DNA of 64,000 bases from Porphyromonas sp. (GCA_034181285.1 JAXFND010000002.1:104379-168378); one strand, 5' to 3'. Counted from the first letter of the stretch, positions 40,819 through 52,355 are shown. Notes: generated by a model from the letters alone, not told the origin. Translations and numbers: made by a program.

Positions 40819-42107
40819 GTACGCATGAGCATTCAGAAGCCTTATTCAACGAGGCTTGTCGGTATATTCCCGGAGGAGTAAACAGTCCTGTGCGTGCATT
40901 CCGCAGCGTAGGAATGACTCCCCTGTACATAGATCATGGTGTCGGAGGCCATATTTTTGATGTTGATGGTAACGAATACATCGACTTCATTTCTTCTTGG
41001 GGGCCGCTTATCCTCGGCCATGCCAACCCTGCCATACAGGAAGCTATTTGTGCAGAGTTACAAAAGGGGACCAGCTATGGAGCTTGCAATGCTCTAGAAG
41101 TAGAGATGGCCAAAGCTATTTGCTCTTTTTTCCCATCGGTAGAGAAAGTACGCATGGTCAACTCGGGCACAGAAGCTACGATGAGTGCCATTCGTTTAGC
41201 CCGGGGCTATACGGGGCGCGAGTTGGTCATTAAATTCGATGGCTGTTACCATGGCCACGCAGACAGTTTTCTTATCCAAGCAGGATCCGGTTTAGCGACC
41301 TACGGTACAAGTGGTAGTGCAGGTGTTACAGCTCGTACCGCACACGACACCTTGGTGGCTACATACAACGATATTGATTCCGTTCGCCTTTTACTTGATA
41401 CCCACCCGAACGAAGTTGCAGCTGTGATTTTGGAGCCAATCATGGGCAATATGGGACTAATCCTACCTCAGGGGAATTTCTTGCAAGAGTTGAGAGACTT
41501 GACTCAGGATCGAGGCGTCATCCTTATTTTCGATGAAGTGATCAGTGGATTCAGGGCTGCCAAAGGAGGTGCACAGGAGCTCTATGGGATTCGACCGGAT
41601 CTCACATGCTTAGGCAAAATTATCGGGGGCGGATTACCGGTAGGTGCGTTTGGGGGGCGTGCAGATATCATGGACAAATTGTCGCCTCTCGGCCCAGTCT
41701 ACCAAGCCGGCACGTTATCGGGCAATCCTCTTGCCATGGCCGCTGGTATAGCTATGCTTCAGCAACTTGCCACTCCGAGATTTTATGAAGAAATGGAGAA
41801 GATTGGAGAGCGGTTTGAGAGTCTTGTTCGGGAAGCGATTGCACCCTATGCCAATCGTCTGTCATTCAATCGTAGCGGTTCTCTCTGCACCTTGTTTTTC
41901 AAAGCCGGAGGCGTAACGATGAATGCAGAAGCCAAACAAGCAGACACGGCTCTCTACGCTAAATATTTCCGTCTGATGCTCAACGAAGGGATTTATTTAC
42001 CTCCCAGTCAATTTGAGTGTATGTTTCTAAGCAAAGCGCACAGCGAGGAGGACTTACAGAGGACAGCTCAGGCTATGCGCAAGACTCTCGATCGTATTTT
42101 GAACTAG
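40815..42107 (+). CDS. hemL: Glutamate-1-semialdehyde 2,1-aminomutase
   Basis: PLP aminotransferase class III pattern with [17 protein letters not shown]. Confidence 0.9.
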   Translation: MSTHEHSEALFNEACRYIPGGVNSPVRAFRSVGMTPLYIDHGVGGHIFDVDGNEYIDFISSWGPLILGHANPAIQEAICAELQKGTSYGACNALEVEMAKAICSFFPSVEKVRMVNSGTEATMSAIRLARGYTGRELVIKFDGCYHGHADSFLIQAGSGLATYGTSGSAGVTARTAHDTLVATYNDIDSVRLLLDTHPNEVAAVILEPIMGNMGLILPQGNFLQELRDLTQDRGVILIFDEVISGFRAAKGGAQELYGIRPDLTCLGKIIGGGLPVGAFGGRADIMDKLSPLGPVYQAGTLSGNPLAMAAGIAMLQQLATPRFYEEMEKIGERFESLVREAIAPYANRLSFNRSGSLCTLFFKAGGVTMNAEAKQADTALYAKYFRLMLNEGIYLPPSQFECMFLSKAHSEEDLQRTAQAMRKTLDRILN

Positions 42108-42154
42108 CGTTCTGCACTCTCTACAGGTCCTGCCCAAACAACCCATGTGACAGG

Positions 42155-42214
42155 GCATGCTAAAAGCCAGCTGAGTAAAAGACTCCCTTTTTACTCAGCT
42201 GGCTTTTAGCATGC
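42155..42214 (+). terminator. Very long perfect hairpin after hemL (terminator-like)
   Basis: 26-bp perfect stem GCATGCTAAAAGCCAGCTGAGTAAAA / TTTTACTCAGCTGGCTTTTAGCATGC with an 8-nt loop. Confidence 0.6.
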
Positions 42215-42254
42215 AATCCGAGAAAAACGACAGACAATTCAATAGATGACACCA

Positions 42255-42415
42255 AAGCTCCTATTACAGAGTCCCAAATTCCACGTGTCGTAGCTATTTC
42301 TCCGACACGTGGGAACATCGGCTACAACGCGTGAGAGTTTTTGCTGAGATAGGAAAGAAGCCAACACCATTGTGGGGACTTCGTTTGGTCCCCTTCGCAG
42401 CCTGCGTTTTCTCAA
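42255..42415 (+). repeat. Intergenic periodic ACGT-core minisatellite (locus C)
   Basis: CCACGTGTCGTAGCTATTTC | TCCGACACGTGGGAACATCGG | CTACAACGCGTGAGAGTTTTTG ... Confidence 0.5.
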
Positions 42416-42456
42416 ATGAAAAGCCTAGGAAATTGGTCACTGCAAAATAAACAGGT

Positions 42457-42464
42457 TACCTTTG
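42457..42464 (+). promoter_or_regulatory. -7 promoter box (TACCTTTG) for the sulP-family gene
   Basis: Exact TAnnTTTG about 37 nt upstream of the ATG at 42501. Confidence 0.5.
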
Positions 42465-42500
42465 CACGAAAATTTAATAAATGCAAAACCCAAGTTCATA

Positions 42501-44189
42501 ATGGATAGCAAAAAAAATAAGCTCTTTCGGCCTAAGTTTTTTGATGCAATACGCTCCTACAACGGCTCACTACTCGTAGCCGATCTAATGTCGGGACTGA
42601 TTGTGGGGATTGTGGCCCTCCCTTTAGCCATCGCATTTGGTATTGCTTCGGGAGTTTCCCCCGAGGTAGGTCTCCTTACAGCGATCATAGGCGGATTCCT
42701 CGTTTCGTTCCTGGGAGGATCCTCAGTACAGATTGGTGGGCCTACCGGTGCGTTCGTTGTCATCATATATGGCATTATACAGCAACATGGTATTGATGGG
42801 TTGATTATTGCCACTCTCATGGCCGGGGTGATGCTACTCCTTATGGGGCTATTCCGCTTGGGGAACCTCATCAAGTTCATCCCTTATCCGATCGTTGTCG
42901 GCTTCACTGCCGGTATTGCACTCACGATATTCTCCACACAAATAAGTGACTTACTCGGTTTAGGTCTTAAGTCCGTCCCCGGAGATTTTATTGGGAAATG
43001 GGAGGTGTATTTGCAAGAATTATCGGCAATAACACCTATAGCTGTTGCTTTCGGGATCGGAGCCATCATAATTATCGCCCTGACGCCCAAACTGACGAAA
43101 AAGATCCCCGGATCGCTCGTGGCCATTATCATTCTCACAGTGACCGCATATTTTCTGCGCTCGCACGGAATAGATGGGATAGAAACAATCGGAGACCGAT
43201 TTGAAATTACCACGGCTTTGCCCACGCCCCATCTGCCTATTTTTTCAATCGATACTATACGAGATCTATTTCCATCGGCCTTCACAATTGCTCTTTTGGG
43301 AGCTATTGAGAGTCTTCTATCAGCCAGCGTAGCAGATGGGATCACCGGGGACAGACATCGGTCCAACACAGAACTTATTGCTCAAGGGGCGGCCAACATT
43401 GTAGTTCCCCTCTTCGGGGGGATACCTGTCACGGGTGCAATCGCCCGCACAATGACAAACATCAATAACGGCGGACGTACTCCAGTCGCAGGAATCATCC
43501 ACGCAGTCGTACTTCTGCTAATTCTTCTTTTTCTGGGGCCTCTGATGGATTATATCCCGATGGCCGTATTGGCCGGAGTCTTGGTGGTTGTCTCTTACAA
43601 TATGAGTGGTTGGAGGTCTGTTTGGAGTATTGCCAGAGGAGAACGAGGTGGCTGTATCGTTATGCTTACGACCCTCATCCTCACTGTCTTGTTAGACCTG
43701 ACGATTGCCATTGAAATAGGAATCCTATTGTCGATGCTCCTATTGATGAAGCGCATTACCGATACGACAAGTATTGTTGTAAGCAGGGACAAAATGAAAG
43801 TTGATGCCGATAGCGAATTAGCCGACACACAGCAGACCGATGCCGAGCTATCCCTACCCAAAGGCGTTGAGGTGTATGAAATCAACGGTCCCTACTTTTT
43901 CGGTATTGCGAATCGATTTGAGGAAGCGATGAATGCAATCGGAGATAACCCGAAGGTAAGAATCGTACGAATGCGTAAGGTCCCATTCATGGATAGTACG
44001 GCTGTGCACAATTTGGAAGGAATGATACGTAACTCTCGAGGGAAAGGGGTCGAAGTGATCCTTAGCGGAGTGCGACCCGATGTCAGAGAAACACTTAGGG
44101 CCAATCAAATTGATCGTCTCTTACCTGATCGCTATATCTGCTCAGATATTCATCAGGCAGTTGCATTGGCGACTGATCTATGTCGGTAA
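42501..44189 (+). CDS. SulP-family anion transporter with C-terminal STAS domain
   Basis: Multi-TM core and a C-terminal STAS-like region (VYEINGPYFFG...VPFMDSTAVHNL). Start moved to the ATG (MDSKKNK) from a TTG. Confidence 0.85.
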   Translation: MDSKKNKLFRPKFFDAIRSYNGSLLVADLMSGLIVGIVALPLAIAFGIASGVSPEVGLLTAIIGGFLVSFLGGSSVQIGGPTGAFVVIIYGIIQQHGIDGLIIATLMAGVMLLLMGLFRLGNLIKFIPYPIVVGFTAGIALTIFSTQISDLLGLGLKSVPGDFIGKWEVYLQELSAITPIAVAFGIGAIIIIALTPKLTKKIPGSLVAIIILTVTAYFLRSHGIDGIETIGDRFEITTALPTPHLPIFSIDTIRDLFPSAFTIALLGAIESLLSASVADGITGDRHRSNTELIAQGAANIVVPLFGGIPVTGAIARTMTNINNGGRTPVAGIIHAVVLLLILLFLGPLMDYIPMAVLAGVLVVVSYNMSGWRSVWSIARGERGGCIVMLTTLILTVLLDLTIAIEIGILLSMLLLMKRITDTTSIVVSRDKMKVDADSELADTQQTDAELSLPKGVEVYEINGPYFFGIANRFEEAMNAIGDNPKVRIVRMRKVPFMDSTAVHNLEGMIRNSRGKGVEVILSGVRPDVRETLRANQIDRLLPDRYICSDIHQAVALATDLCR

Positions 44190-44767
44190 GAGAAAATAAA
44201 CACAGCCTATTCGTGGAGAAACATATCATCCTCGAGACATTTGAGGTACTGCATAGGAAGGGGGAAATCCCTGCCCTTCGGAAGCTCTGCGGACTGTATC
44301 ACTCAGCTTTTGCTCGGAATGAACAGCGAGACTGGAAAGACATTATAGCTCATGGCAAACCGCGCAAAGCGGCCTATACTCCCACGGCAGTCTATGCCGG
44401 AGATGATTTAGTGGGGCTATGTACTTATTGGACTTTAACCCCGGGATGGTGCTATCTGGAACACCTTGCCTTCTTCACCCGCTACCGAGGCTGTGGGTTG
44501 GGGAGCCAACTACTTAAGCAGTTACGAAAAGGCTGCGAATTAGTCCTTGAGGTAGAACCACCAAGTCTTTCGTCAATGGCAGAAAAGCGATTACGATTTT
44601 ACCTTAGGAATGGCTTTGAAATCCTATCGAAAAATTATTGGCAGCCTCCATATCGCCTGGAAGACCAACCCACAGCTCTTTGGCTCCTTTCAACGACCAA
44701 AGTAGGAACCCAAAAGCTGGAAACAGAAATTCACCAATGCGTCTACAACGCAACGGAGATAGATTGA
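44180..44767 (+). CDS. GNAT-family N-acetyltransferase
   Basis: Acetyl-CoA motif region HLAFFTRYRGCGLGSQLLKQL. Confidence 0.65.
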   Translation: MSVRENKHSLFVEKHIILETFEVLHRKGEIPALRKLCGLYHSAFARNEQRDWKDIIAHGKPRKAAYTPTAVYAGDDLVGLCTYWTLTPGWCYLEHLAFFTRYRGCGLGSQLLKQLRKGCELVLEVEPPSLSSMAEKRLRFYLRNGFEILSKNYWQPPYRLEDQPTALWLLSTTKVGTQKLETEIHQCVYNATEID

Positions 44768-44777
44768 AACATTTGCA

Positions 44778-45758
44778 ATGAAGATTGGGAGTATAGAGCT
44801 TGGGGATAAACCGCTATTGCTCGCACCGATGGAGGATGTTACTGACATGGCCTTCAGACAGATGGTGAAGAAGTTCGGGGCAGATTTAGTATACACGGAA
44901 TTTGTAGCGGCTGATGCACTAATAAGGGATGTTGCCGGCAGTATTCGCAAAATGCAAGTGAATGACGATGAAAGGCCAGTTGCTATCCAAATCTATGGCC
45001 GAGATGTTGAGACAATGCGTAGAGCAGCCGAGATCGCAGCGGCAGCCAAACCTGATCTTATCGACCTCAATTTCGGTTGCCCTGTCAAGCGAGTTGCAGG
45101 CAAAGGAGCAGGGAGTGGCATGCTGCGAACGCCCGAATTGATGCTTGATATTGTCCAATCCGTCGTCAAGGCAGTAGATCTACCAGTTACAGTTAAGACT
45201 CGTTTAGGCTGGGATGCCTCTTCCATCATCATTGAGACATTAGCCGAGCAACTGCAAGATTGTGGTATAGCGGCTCTTTCGATCCATGGCAGGACACGCG
45301 CTCAAATGTACACGGGAGAATCCGACTGGGAACCGATAGGTAGAGTGAAAGCAAATCCTCGAATACACATCCCAATCATCGGGAACGGTGATATCACCAC
45401 GCCCGAAAAGGCAGCTGATGCTTTTGAAAAATATGGGGTCGATGCAGTAATGGTGGGACGGGCCTCAATTGGTTGCCCATGGATATTCACCCAAATGAAA
45501 CATTATCTCCACTACGGATCGAAGCTACCACCGCTTTCGACACCCGAGGCCATCGAAATCCTCAAACAACTTGTGCGCAATAACATTGCAAAACTCGGGG
45601 AAACACGGGGAATCCTACACTCTCGCAGACATATCGCAGTAAGTCCCATATTCAGAGGTATCCCAAATTTTCGTCCTACGCGGATTGCAATGCTCAGAGC
45701 CACTAACACGCGTGAGCTATTCGGCCTCATGGACGAAACCGAAAAACTATTGAGCTAA
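44778..45758 (+). CDS. tRNA-dihydrouridine synthase
   Basis: LAPMEDVTD, DLNFGCPVKRV and HGRTR motifs of the Dus family. Confidence 0.85.
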   Translation: MKIGSIELGDKPLLLAPMEDVTDMAFRQMVKKFGADLVYTEFVAADALIRDVAGSIRKMQVNDDERPVAIQIYGRDVETMRRAAEIAAAAKPDLIDLNFGCPVKRVAGKGAGSGMLRTPELMLDIVQSVVKAVDLPVTVKTRLGWDASSIIIETLAEQLQDCGIAALSIHGRTRAQMYTGESDWEPIGRVKANPRIHIPIIGNGDITTPEKAADAFEKYGVDAVMVGRASIGCPWIFTQMKHYLHYGSKLPPLSTPEAIEILKQLVRNNIAKLGETRGILHSRRHIAVSPIFRGIPNFRPTRIAMLRATNTRELFGLMDETEKLLS

Positions 45759-46295
45759 AAACAAACTGGGCAATAGAGGTGAGGCCATCTGCCACAAAGC
45801 GATACCAGCTGCGACAGAAACGTTAAGCGAATGCTTAGTCCCAAACTGAGGGATCTCCAAGCAGCAATCACACAAATCTATTAGAGATTGCTTTACGCCA
45901 AAGACTTCATTTCCCAGTATCAGGACATAGCCCTCGTTTACATCTACAGATAGCTTTTCGAGAGAGAGGCTTCCATCAGCCTGCTCAAGGGCACAGATGC
46001 GATATCCCTTCTCCTTATAGAGCCAAACAGCTTCGTGTGGGTCTTTGAAGCTTTGCCAATAGACGCTATCCTCTGCACCCAAAGCTGTCTTGTGAATATC
46101 CGGATGAGGGGGGATAGCTGTGATGCCACAGAGCAGAACGGCCTCTAAACGAAAAGCATCAGCTGTGCGCAACACAGATCCTACATTGTTCATCGAGCGA
46201 ATATCATCCAGTAAGACTACAATAGGTAGCTTTTCCAATCGTCGAAAAGTATCGATGTCCGGCCGTTGCATCTCTGTGATCTTCAGTTTCCGCAT
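45747..46295 (-). CDS. TrmH/SpoU-family RNA 2'-O-methyltransferase
   Basis: SpoU motifs NVGSVLRTADAF, LILGNEVFGV, IPQFGTKHSLNVSVAAGI. Confidence 0.75.
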   Translation of the reverse strand: MRKLKITEMQRPDIDTFRRLEKLPIVVLLDDIRSMNNVGSVLRTADAFRLEAVLLCGITAIPPHPDIHKTALGAEDSVYWQSFKDPHEAVWLYKEKGYRICALEQADGSLSLEKLSVDVNEGYVLILGNEVFGVKQSLIDLCDCCLEIPQFGTKHSLNVSVAAGIALWQMASPLLPSLFLAQ

Positions 46296-47167
46296 GTAAT
46301 CATTCGTTTTACGGCCTCAGCCATTGCTATCATTTGGTGTTTGGGAGTGGAAGTTGCGCCACAGATCCCGATTGTACGAGGCAGTGGGGTAAGATGTTTG
46401 GCAGTAAGCTCCTCGGGTGCGCTCAAAAACACCGACCGAGGGTTGGCATTTCGGCAGTGCTCAAACAGGACTTTACCATTAGAACTTTTACGACCGGCCA
46501 CGAAAAAGATCAGTTCGTGCGAAGCAGCGAACTCCCGAATATGAGGGATACGATTGGATACCTGCCTACAGATGGTATCGTAATGCTCAAAGCGGAGTCC
46601 TGCATCAAGCCTTTGACCAATCATCTCTATGATCTTGGCATAGCCTTCCAGACTTTTCGTTGTCTGAGAAAACAGCAAAACGGGGCGGCTCTTGTCTATC
46701 AATTCAATTTCTGCTGGAGACTCGATCACGACAGCATTGCCCTCACATTGCCCTACCAAACCATTCACCTCGGCGTGTCCTCGCTGACCATAGATAACGA
46801 TCTGTGCACGCTCCCCTACCGAACTTTGGTAAGCGTCTCGAATACGCCTTTGCAAGGCCAAAACCACCGGACATGTGGCGTCCACTATTCTTAGGCCTCT
46901 CTCCTCCGCCATTCGATAGACAGACGGTGGCTCCCCATGAGCCCTCAACAACACTTTAGCATCGGAAAGCTCTTGTAGATCCGCATAGGAGATTGTCCGC
47001 ATGCCTCGCCCCTCCAGACGCTCCACCTCTCGGCCGTTGTGTACAATGTCTCCGAGGCAATAGAGAGTCTCACCACTGCTATCGAGTTCTCTCTCTACTG
47101 ATCGAATAGCATTGACCACCCCGAAACAAAAGCCAGAGCCTTCGTCTATTTCTATTTCAGGAACCAT
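46283..47167 (-). CDS. ispH: 4-hydroxy-3-methylbut-2-enyl diphosphate reductase
   Basis: GFCFGV, DATCPVV and conserved SSN segments. Start moved to MVPEIE just after the cmk stop. Confidence 0.9.
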   Translation of the reverse strand: MVPEIEIDEGSGFCFGVVNAIRSVERELDSSGETLYCLGDIVHNGREVERLEGRGMRTISYADLQELSDAKVLLRAHGEPPSVYRMAEERGLRIVDATCPVVLALQRRIRDAYQSSVGERAQIVIYGQRGHAEVNGLVGQCEGNAVVIESPAEIELIDKSRPVLLFSQTTKSLEGYAKIIEMIGQRLDAGLRFEHYDTICRQVSNRIPHIREFAASHELIFFVAGRKSSNGKVLFEHCRNANPRSVFLSAPEELTAKHLTPLPRTIGICGATSTPKHQMIAMAEAVKRMITCGN

Positions 47168-47169
47168 CG

Positions 47170-47865
47170 TTACCCCATGATCTCTCGATAGCGCTCCAAT
47201 AACCATTGGCTCTGCTCGGATATGGTCATATCGGAGTTATCCAATACCAGCGCATCTGGTGCCTGGCTAAGAGGAGAGACAGCCCTGTGGGAGTCGATGT
47301 AGTCACGCTCATTGATATTGTCCAAGACTTCCTGCAATGTTGTGGAAGTATCTCCTTTGGTCCGCAATTCGTCAAGCCGTCTTTGAGCCCTTACTTCAGG
47401 CCTAGCCGTAACAAAGATTTTCATCTCAGCCTCGGGGAAGACTGTCGTGCCAATATCTCTCCCATCCATTACGATCCCTTTCTGCTTGCCCATCTGTTGC
47501 TGCAATTTGACCATTGCGGAACGGACAATCGCCAAAGTACTAATCGGGCTAACCTTGGCAGAGACTTCCATCGTTCGGATCTCATTTTCCACATCTCGGC
47601 CATTGAGCAGGGTATGCGAGCGTCCCTCCTCAGGTACGAAACGGAAGCCAACCTGAATGTCATTCATTGCATTTTTGATGGCTTTCTCGTCCGGCTCGCC
47701 ATCCTTCCACAAGCCATGTTGCAGGGAATAGAGTGTCACAGCCCTATACATTGCTCCCGTGTCGATGTACACATAGCTCAAATTGCGAGCCAAATCCCTT
47801 GCCATGGTACTTTTGCCACAGGAGCTATGGCCATCTATGGCAATTATTATACGTCTATCTTGCAT
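47170..47865 (-). CDS. cmk: Cytidylate kinase
   Basis: [14 protein letters not shown]-loop and IDTGAMYR motif. Confidence 0.9.
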   Translation of the reverse strand: MQDRRIIIAIDGHSSCGKSTMARDLARNLSYVYIDTGAMYRAVTLYSLQHGLWKDGEPDEKAIKNAMNDIQVGFRFVPEEGRSHTLLNGRDVENEIRTMEVSAKVSPISTLAIVRSAMVKLQQQMGKQKGIVMDGRDIGTTVFPEAEMKIFVTARPEVRAQRRLDELRTKGDTSTTLQEVLDNINERDYIDSHRAVSPLSQAPDALVLDNSDMTISEQSQWLLERYREIMG

Positions 47866-47888
47866 TGTATTATTTACTTGAATGGTGG

Positions 47889-48902
47889 TCAGATTTCACT
47901 CCGCGACGAACCGATTGGGAAACTCACACTGAGCATCAGAGAGAGAGCCGAGGGATGGTACGATGAGGCGGCAAGTTGGATGTGCATCAGCGATGTCTTG
48001 AGACCCGCTCCCAAGGAAAAGCCAGACAACGCTCCTCCATTTTGTACGTGCAAATCCTCTGCCAATGCCGAATTGTACGAAGCAATCAAATTGAATTTCT
48101 CTGCCGTATGGAACTCCATCCCAACAATTAGGTGCCGCAAACTTCGCTTAAGCAAAGACCCTCTCTCTTCCCTCCACAGTTTGGGATTCATATTGTGAAG
48201 CAACAAATGGACTCTGAAAGGAGCATGTGACAATCCCTGACTAAGACCTATCTGTAAGTCCCAAGGCAAAGACTCCCGCTCTTTGTGAAATCCCTTGAGC
48301 TGGGTGCCGATATTCGTCGCTGCAGCAGCCACGGACAAATCTTTCTCATCGTTGTAGTAGCTAATCCCGACATCCGCTCCCAAACCAAGAGAAGAATAAC
48401 CCTCAATGTGTGAATACACCCCCTTGAATGTGACCCCTCCTCTGAAAAAGTAGGAAAGGTCATAGGCATAACTCGCCTGCATAGCCAAGTCTGTAGCAGA
48501 GAAACTACCGGTGGATTTGCCTGCAATATCATAGCCGACCATCTTGCCATATTGCACAAAACGTGAACCTACAGCCCATGCTCCACGCTCGCCCCAACTT
48601 TGTCCATAAAGGACAGAGCCACTATGTGCCATGCCAATATAGTTAAGATAGGAGAGAGAGAGCTTGCCACGCATCTCTTGGCCGAAAAGTCCAGGATTGG
48701 AAAAAACCATTGCTGGATTTTGACTGATGTAAGAGACCGTTCGCCCACCCAATGCCGCAACTTCGGCAGAAGCCGGCAACTGCAAAAAGCCATAGACACC
48801 ACGCTTAGTGAATGACTGAGCAGCGGCTGGCTGCACGATTGAAAGCAGCAGTGCCATTACCAATGTAGGCGATACCGATGAACAAAACAGGAGCCTCTTC
48901 AT
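47889..48902 (-). CDS. PorQ-like (PorV/PorQ family) outer-membrane beta-barrel protein
   Basis: Signal peptide from [27 protein letters not shown] pattern as I recall it for T9SS PorQ/PorV-type barrels. The assignment is tentative. Confidence 0.45.
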   Translation of the reverse strand: MKRLLFCSSVSPTLVMALLLSIVQPAAAQSFTKRGVYGFLQLPASAEVAALGGRTVSYISQNPAMVFSNPGLFGQEMRGKLSLSYLNYIGMAHSGSVLYGQSWGERGAWAVGSRFVQYGKMVGYDIAGKSTGSFSATDLAMQASYAYDLSYFFRGGVTFKGVYSHIEGYSSLGLGADVGISYYNDEKDLSVAAAATNIGTQLKGFHKERESLPWDLQIGLSQGLSHAPFRVHLLLHNMNPKLWREERGSLLKRSLRHLIVGMEFHTAEKFNLIASYNSALAEDLHVQNGGALSGFSLGAGLKTSLMHIQLAASSYHPSALSLMLSVSFPIGSSRSEI

Positions 48903-48974
48903 ACGCACAAAGATAGCACAAAGCACCACTTAGGAATGCAACCAAGCCTCATCATCCCGATTCGGCCTTCGGTA

Positions 48975-49365
48975 GCGAACTCGCACACGACTCACAAAAA
49001 TCCGATCGAATTAGGTTTATCCCACCAATGCCCACACCTCGTTATTTTGTTCACGTCAGAAATTTTGCTCCGACGCGTAAGAGTTTTTCTCCGGACGCAT
49101 CAGATTTATTGTTCTCTCCTGTGAGAATTTCGCCCGGCTTCTCATTATCCACATAATAGGATATAAACAAAGTTCTTAGACAGCAAAGGCTGACAAACAA
49201 AAAGGAGTGAGTGAAAATAACCGAATCCACGAAAGGTAAAACGGCAACACGCTTTCCTCTCTCTCAGAGATCACGTAAGAGAAAAACCTTGTGAGCGCAA
49301 GGCAATAGAAAAAGCCGTCCGGGCAAGTATTTCTCCGCCAAATCCAATTTTTCCCTTAAGGAAGC
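48975..49365 (+). repeat. Intergenic periodic ACGT-core minisatellite (locus D, the largest)
   Basis: TCACGTCAGAAATTTTGC | TCCGACGCGTAAGAGTTTTTC | TCCGGACGCATCAGATTTATTGT ... CACGTAAGAGAAAAACCTTGTGAG | CGCAAGGCAATAGAAAAAGC | CGTCCGGGCAAGTATTTCTC. Confidence 0.5.
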
Positions 49366-49415
49366 GTCAATTACCTCTTCAGTAATCAATAAGTCGGAAT
49401 ACAACTCAAAAGGAG

Positions 49416-49423
49416 TACTTTTG
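49416..49423 (+). promoter_or_regulatory. -7 promoter box (TACTTTTG) upstream of leuS
   Basis: Exact TAnnTTTG about 134 nt upstream of the leuS ATG. Confidence 0.35.
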
Positions 49424-49556
49424 TTCCTTGACTGGGGTTTATCAGCTTTCTTATCAGTATGTAAATCTGCAACGATAGCAAACTGCTAAGAAGTGGAGCA
49501 ACGAAACGCTGCTTTTGCACAAGGGATATATCTCAACTCGAAAGGAATGTTTGCAT

Positions 49557-52355
49557 ATGAAAGATTACAACTTTGCCGAGATAGAATCTCGGATTCAGGG
49601 CTACTGGCAGAGCCATCAAGTCTACAAGGTCTCTGAGGATAGTACGAAGCAGCCATACTACGTTCTCGATATGTTTCCCTACCCCTCCGGAGCCGGATTA
49701 CACGTGGGGCATCCGCTCGGTTACATAGCCAGCGACATTGTCGCGAGATACAAGCGACATCGAGGCTTCAATGTGCTGCATCCCATGGGATTCGACTCTT
49801 TCGGTTTACCTGCCGAGCAATATGCTATTCAGACTGGACAACATCCCGAAAAGACAACGAGAGACAATGTAGCCCGCTATCGCGAACAACTTGATAAGAT
49901 AGGATTCAGCTACGACTGGGATCGAGAGATACGCACTTCGGATCCCGAATACTACCGCTGGACTCAGTGGTGCTTCATCAAACTATTTGAATCCTATTAC
50001 GACACAACTCAACGAAAAGCAAGGCCCATATCTGACCTCATCCAACACTTTGAGATAAGAGGAACCGATGGGATCACAGCCGTGGTGAGTGAAGAGCTGC
50101 ATTTCACAGCTGATGCATGGAAAAGCATGAGCCTCAAGGAACAGTCTAATGTATTGATGAATTATAGGTTAGCTTACCAAGGCGATAGTTTGGTGAATTG
50201 GTGTCCTGCATTGGGTACTGTTCTGGCAAATGACGAGGTAAGCGAAGGCCTCAGTGTACGTGGAGGGCACCCGGTAGAGCAGCGCAAAATGCGCCAATGG
50301 TGTCTAAGGGTATCGGCCTATGCTGAGCGTCTACTTGATGATCTTGAAACTCTTGATTGGACCCCGGCCCTGAAAGAAATGCAGCGCAATTGGATTGGGC
50401 GATCGGAAGGAGCCGAATTAAACTTCCATGTGGACGGGGCCGATCTGGAATTTACGGTCTTCACAACCCGTGCTGACACGGTCTATGGAGTTTCCTTTGT
50501 TGTTTTGGCTCCCGAGAGCGAACTGGTTGAGCTGGTTACTCGCCCGAGGCAACAGGAGGATGTAGCTAACTATCTTGAGGCAACAAAGAAGCGAACGGAA
50601 CGCGAACGCATTGCCGACAAGAGAGTGAGTGGCGTATTCACTGGCTCTTACGCAGTCAACCCGATTAGTGGAACAAAAGTCCCCATCTGGATCAGTGACT
50701 ATGTACTAGCCGGGTATGGGACAGGGGCCATCATGGCCGTACCAGCACATGATAGCCGAGATTTTTCCTTCGCTAAAAAATTTGACTTGCCCATCATCCA
50801 AGTAGTGGTACCAGAAGGAGAAAAAGCCTCCGATCCCTCTGCATGGACAGATGCCATCGATAGCAAATCCGGCTCTATGATCAATTCGGATTCTCTCAAT
50901 GGGCTATCAGTATCTGATGCCATACAAAAGGCAAAAGAAATTATCTTGGAGAAAAGGATTGGCCGAGTGAAAGTAAACTACCGTCTCCGTGATGCAATCT
51001 TCAGCCGGCAACGCTATTGGGGAGAGCCATTCCCCATTTACTACAAGGATGGGATCCCCTATCCTGTCGAAGAAAGTCTGTTACCTCTCTGCCTGCCAGA
51101 GGTGGACAAATTCCTTCCCACCGAAAACGGAGAGCCGCCCTTGGGAAGGGCGAAAGGTTGGCATACAGCAGATGGTTATCCCTTTGAACTAAGTACTATG
51201 CCAGGGTTTGCAGGAAGCAGTGCCTACTATCTGCGATACATGGATCCTCGAAATAAAAAGACGCTGGTTGGAGCAGAAGCAAATAGCTACTGGAAGCATG
51301 TCGATCTCTATATCGGGGGGACGGAGCATGCCACAGGTCACCTCATCTACAGCCGTTTTTGGAATAAATTCCTGTATGACTTGGGCATTGTTTGTGAAGC
51401 CGAACCATTCCGCAAATTAGTCAATCAAGGCATGATTCAAGGGCGATCCAGTTTCGTGTATCGTGTCAAAGACACCAACAAATTTGTTAGCTTCAATCTG
51501 AAAGATCAATACGAGGTTAGCCCCATACATGTGGATATAAGCCTGGTCAAAAACGATGTGTTGGATACTGAGGCGTTTAAGCAGTGGAGACCTGATTTTG
51601 CTTCAGCAGAATTTATTTTGGAAGACGGTAAATATGTCTGTGGGTGGGCTGTAGAAAAGATGAGCAAGTCGATGTTCAATGTCATTAATCCGGATGATAT
51701 CATCGAGCGATATGGTGCCGATACACTACGTATGTACGAGATGTTTCTCGGACCACTCGAGCAAAGCAAACCCTGGGATACCAACGGCATTGATGGTGTG
51801 CATCGTTTCTTGAAAAAATTCTGGGCACTCTATTGCGATGAAAATGGTCTACGCGTGGACGACTCTAAGCCAACGGTCGACGAGTTGAAGCTCCTACACA
51901 AACTCATCAAGAAAGTAGGAGAAGATATTGAGCAGTTTTCTTTCAACACCTCGGTACCGGCATTCATGATCACAGTGACAGAGCTCGGCAAACTGGGTTG
52001 CCGTAGCGTGGAGATCCTACGCCCAATGCTAATTCTACTATCTCCGTTTGCACCTCATATCGCAGAAGAGCTGTGGCAAGCTACAGCCCCTGAGAGCGGG
52101 GGGGAACAACCGAATAGTATTGTGGACGCCCATTGGCCCGTACTCGACGAATCATTGCTGGTAGAAAAAACGATCTGTTATCCGGTAAGTTTCAACGGGA
52201 AAGTTCGATTCAACATTGACTTGGATGCCAACCTTACAAAGGAACAGATCGAAGCAGCTGCGCTGACCTCTCCCAATGCGACCAAGTGGCTTGATAGTAA
52301 ATCTCCGAAGAAAGTAATCGTTGTACCAGGTCGCATCATCAACATTGTCATTTGA
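49557..52355 (+). CDS. leuS: Leucine--tRNA ligase
   Basis: HVGHPLGY (HIGH) and KMSKS motifs. Start moved to [10 protein letters not shown]. Confidence 0.95.
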   Translation: MKDYNFAEIESRIQGYWQSHQVYKVSEDSTKQPYYVLDMFPYPSGAGLHVGHPLGYIASDIVARYKRHRGFNVLHPMGFDSFGLPAEQYAIQTGQHPEKTTRDNVARYREQLDKIGFSYDWDREIRTSDPEYYRWTQWCFIKLFESYYDTTQRKARPISDLIQHFEIRGTDGITAVVSEELHFTADAWKSMSLKEQSNVLMNYRLAYQGDSLVNWCPALGTVLANDEVSEGLSVRGGHPVEQRKMRQWCLRVSAYAERLLDDLETLDWTPALKEMQRNWIGRSEGAELNFHVDGADLEFTVFTTRADTVYGVSFVVLAPESELVELVTRPRQQEDVANYLEATKKRTERERIADKRVSGVFTGSYAVNPISGTKVPIWISDYVLAGYGTGAIMAVPAHDSRDFSFAKKFDLPIIQVVVPEGEKASDPSAWTDAIDSKSGSMINSDSLNGLSVSDAIQKAKEIILEKRIGRVKVNYRLRDAIFSRQRYWGEPFPIYYKDGIPYPVEESLLPLCLPEVDKFLPTENGEPPLGRAKGWHTADGYPFELSTMPGFAGSSAYYLRYMDPRNKKTLVGAEANSYWKHVDLYIGGTEHATGHLIYSRFWNKFLYDLGIVCEAEPFRKLVNQGMIQGRSSFVYRVKDTNKFVSFNLKDQYEVSPIHVDISLVKNDVLDTEAFKQWRPDFASAEFILEDGKYVCGWAVEKMSKSMFNVINPDDIIERYGADTLRMYEMFLGPLEQSKPWDTNGIDGVHRFLKKFWALYCDENGLRVDDSKPTVDELKLLHKLIKKVGEDIEQFSFNTSVPAFMITVTELGKLGCRSVEILRPMLILLSPFAPHIAEELWQATAPESGGEQPNSIVDAHWPVLDESLLVEKTICYPVSFNGKVRFNIDLDANLTKEQIEAAALTSPNATKWLDSKSPKKVIVVPGRIINIVI

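Noticed and set aside
42155-42214. 26-bp perfect hairpin as a possible MITE end or recombination site
   Set aside because: It is a single copy in the window and sits directly after the hemL stop. The simplest reading is an unusually strong operon terminator.
47206-48198. 330-aa + strand ORF
   Set aside because: It is antisense to the well-supported cmk and PorQ-like genes, has no recognisable motifs, and is a shadow ORF.
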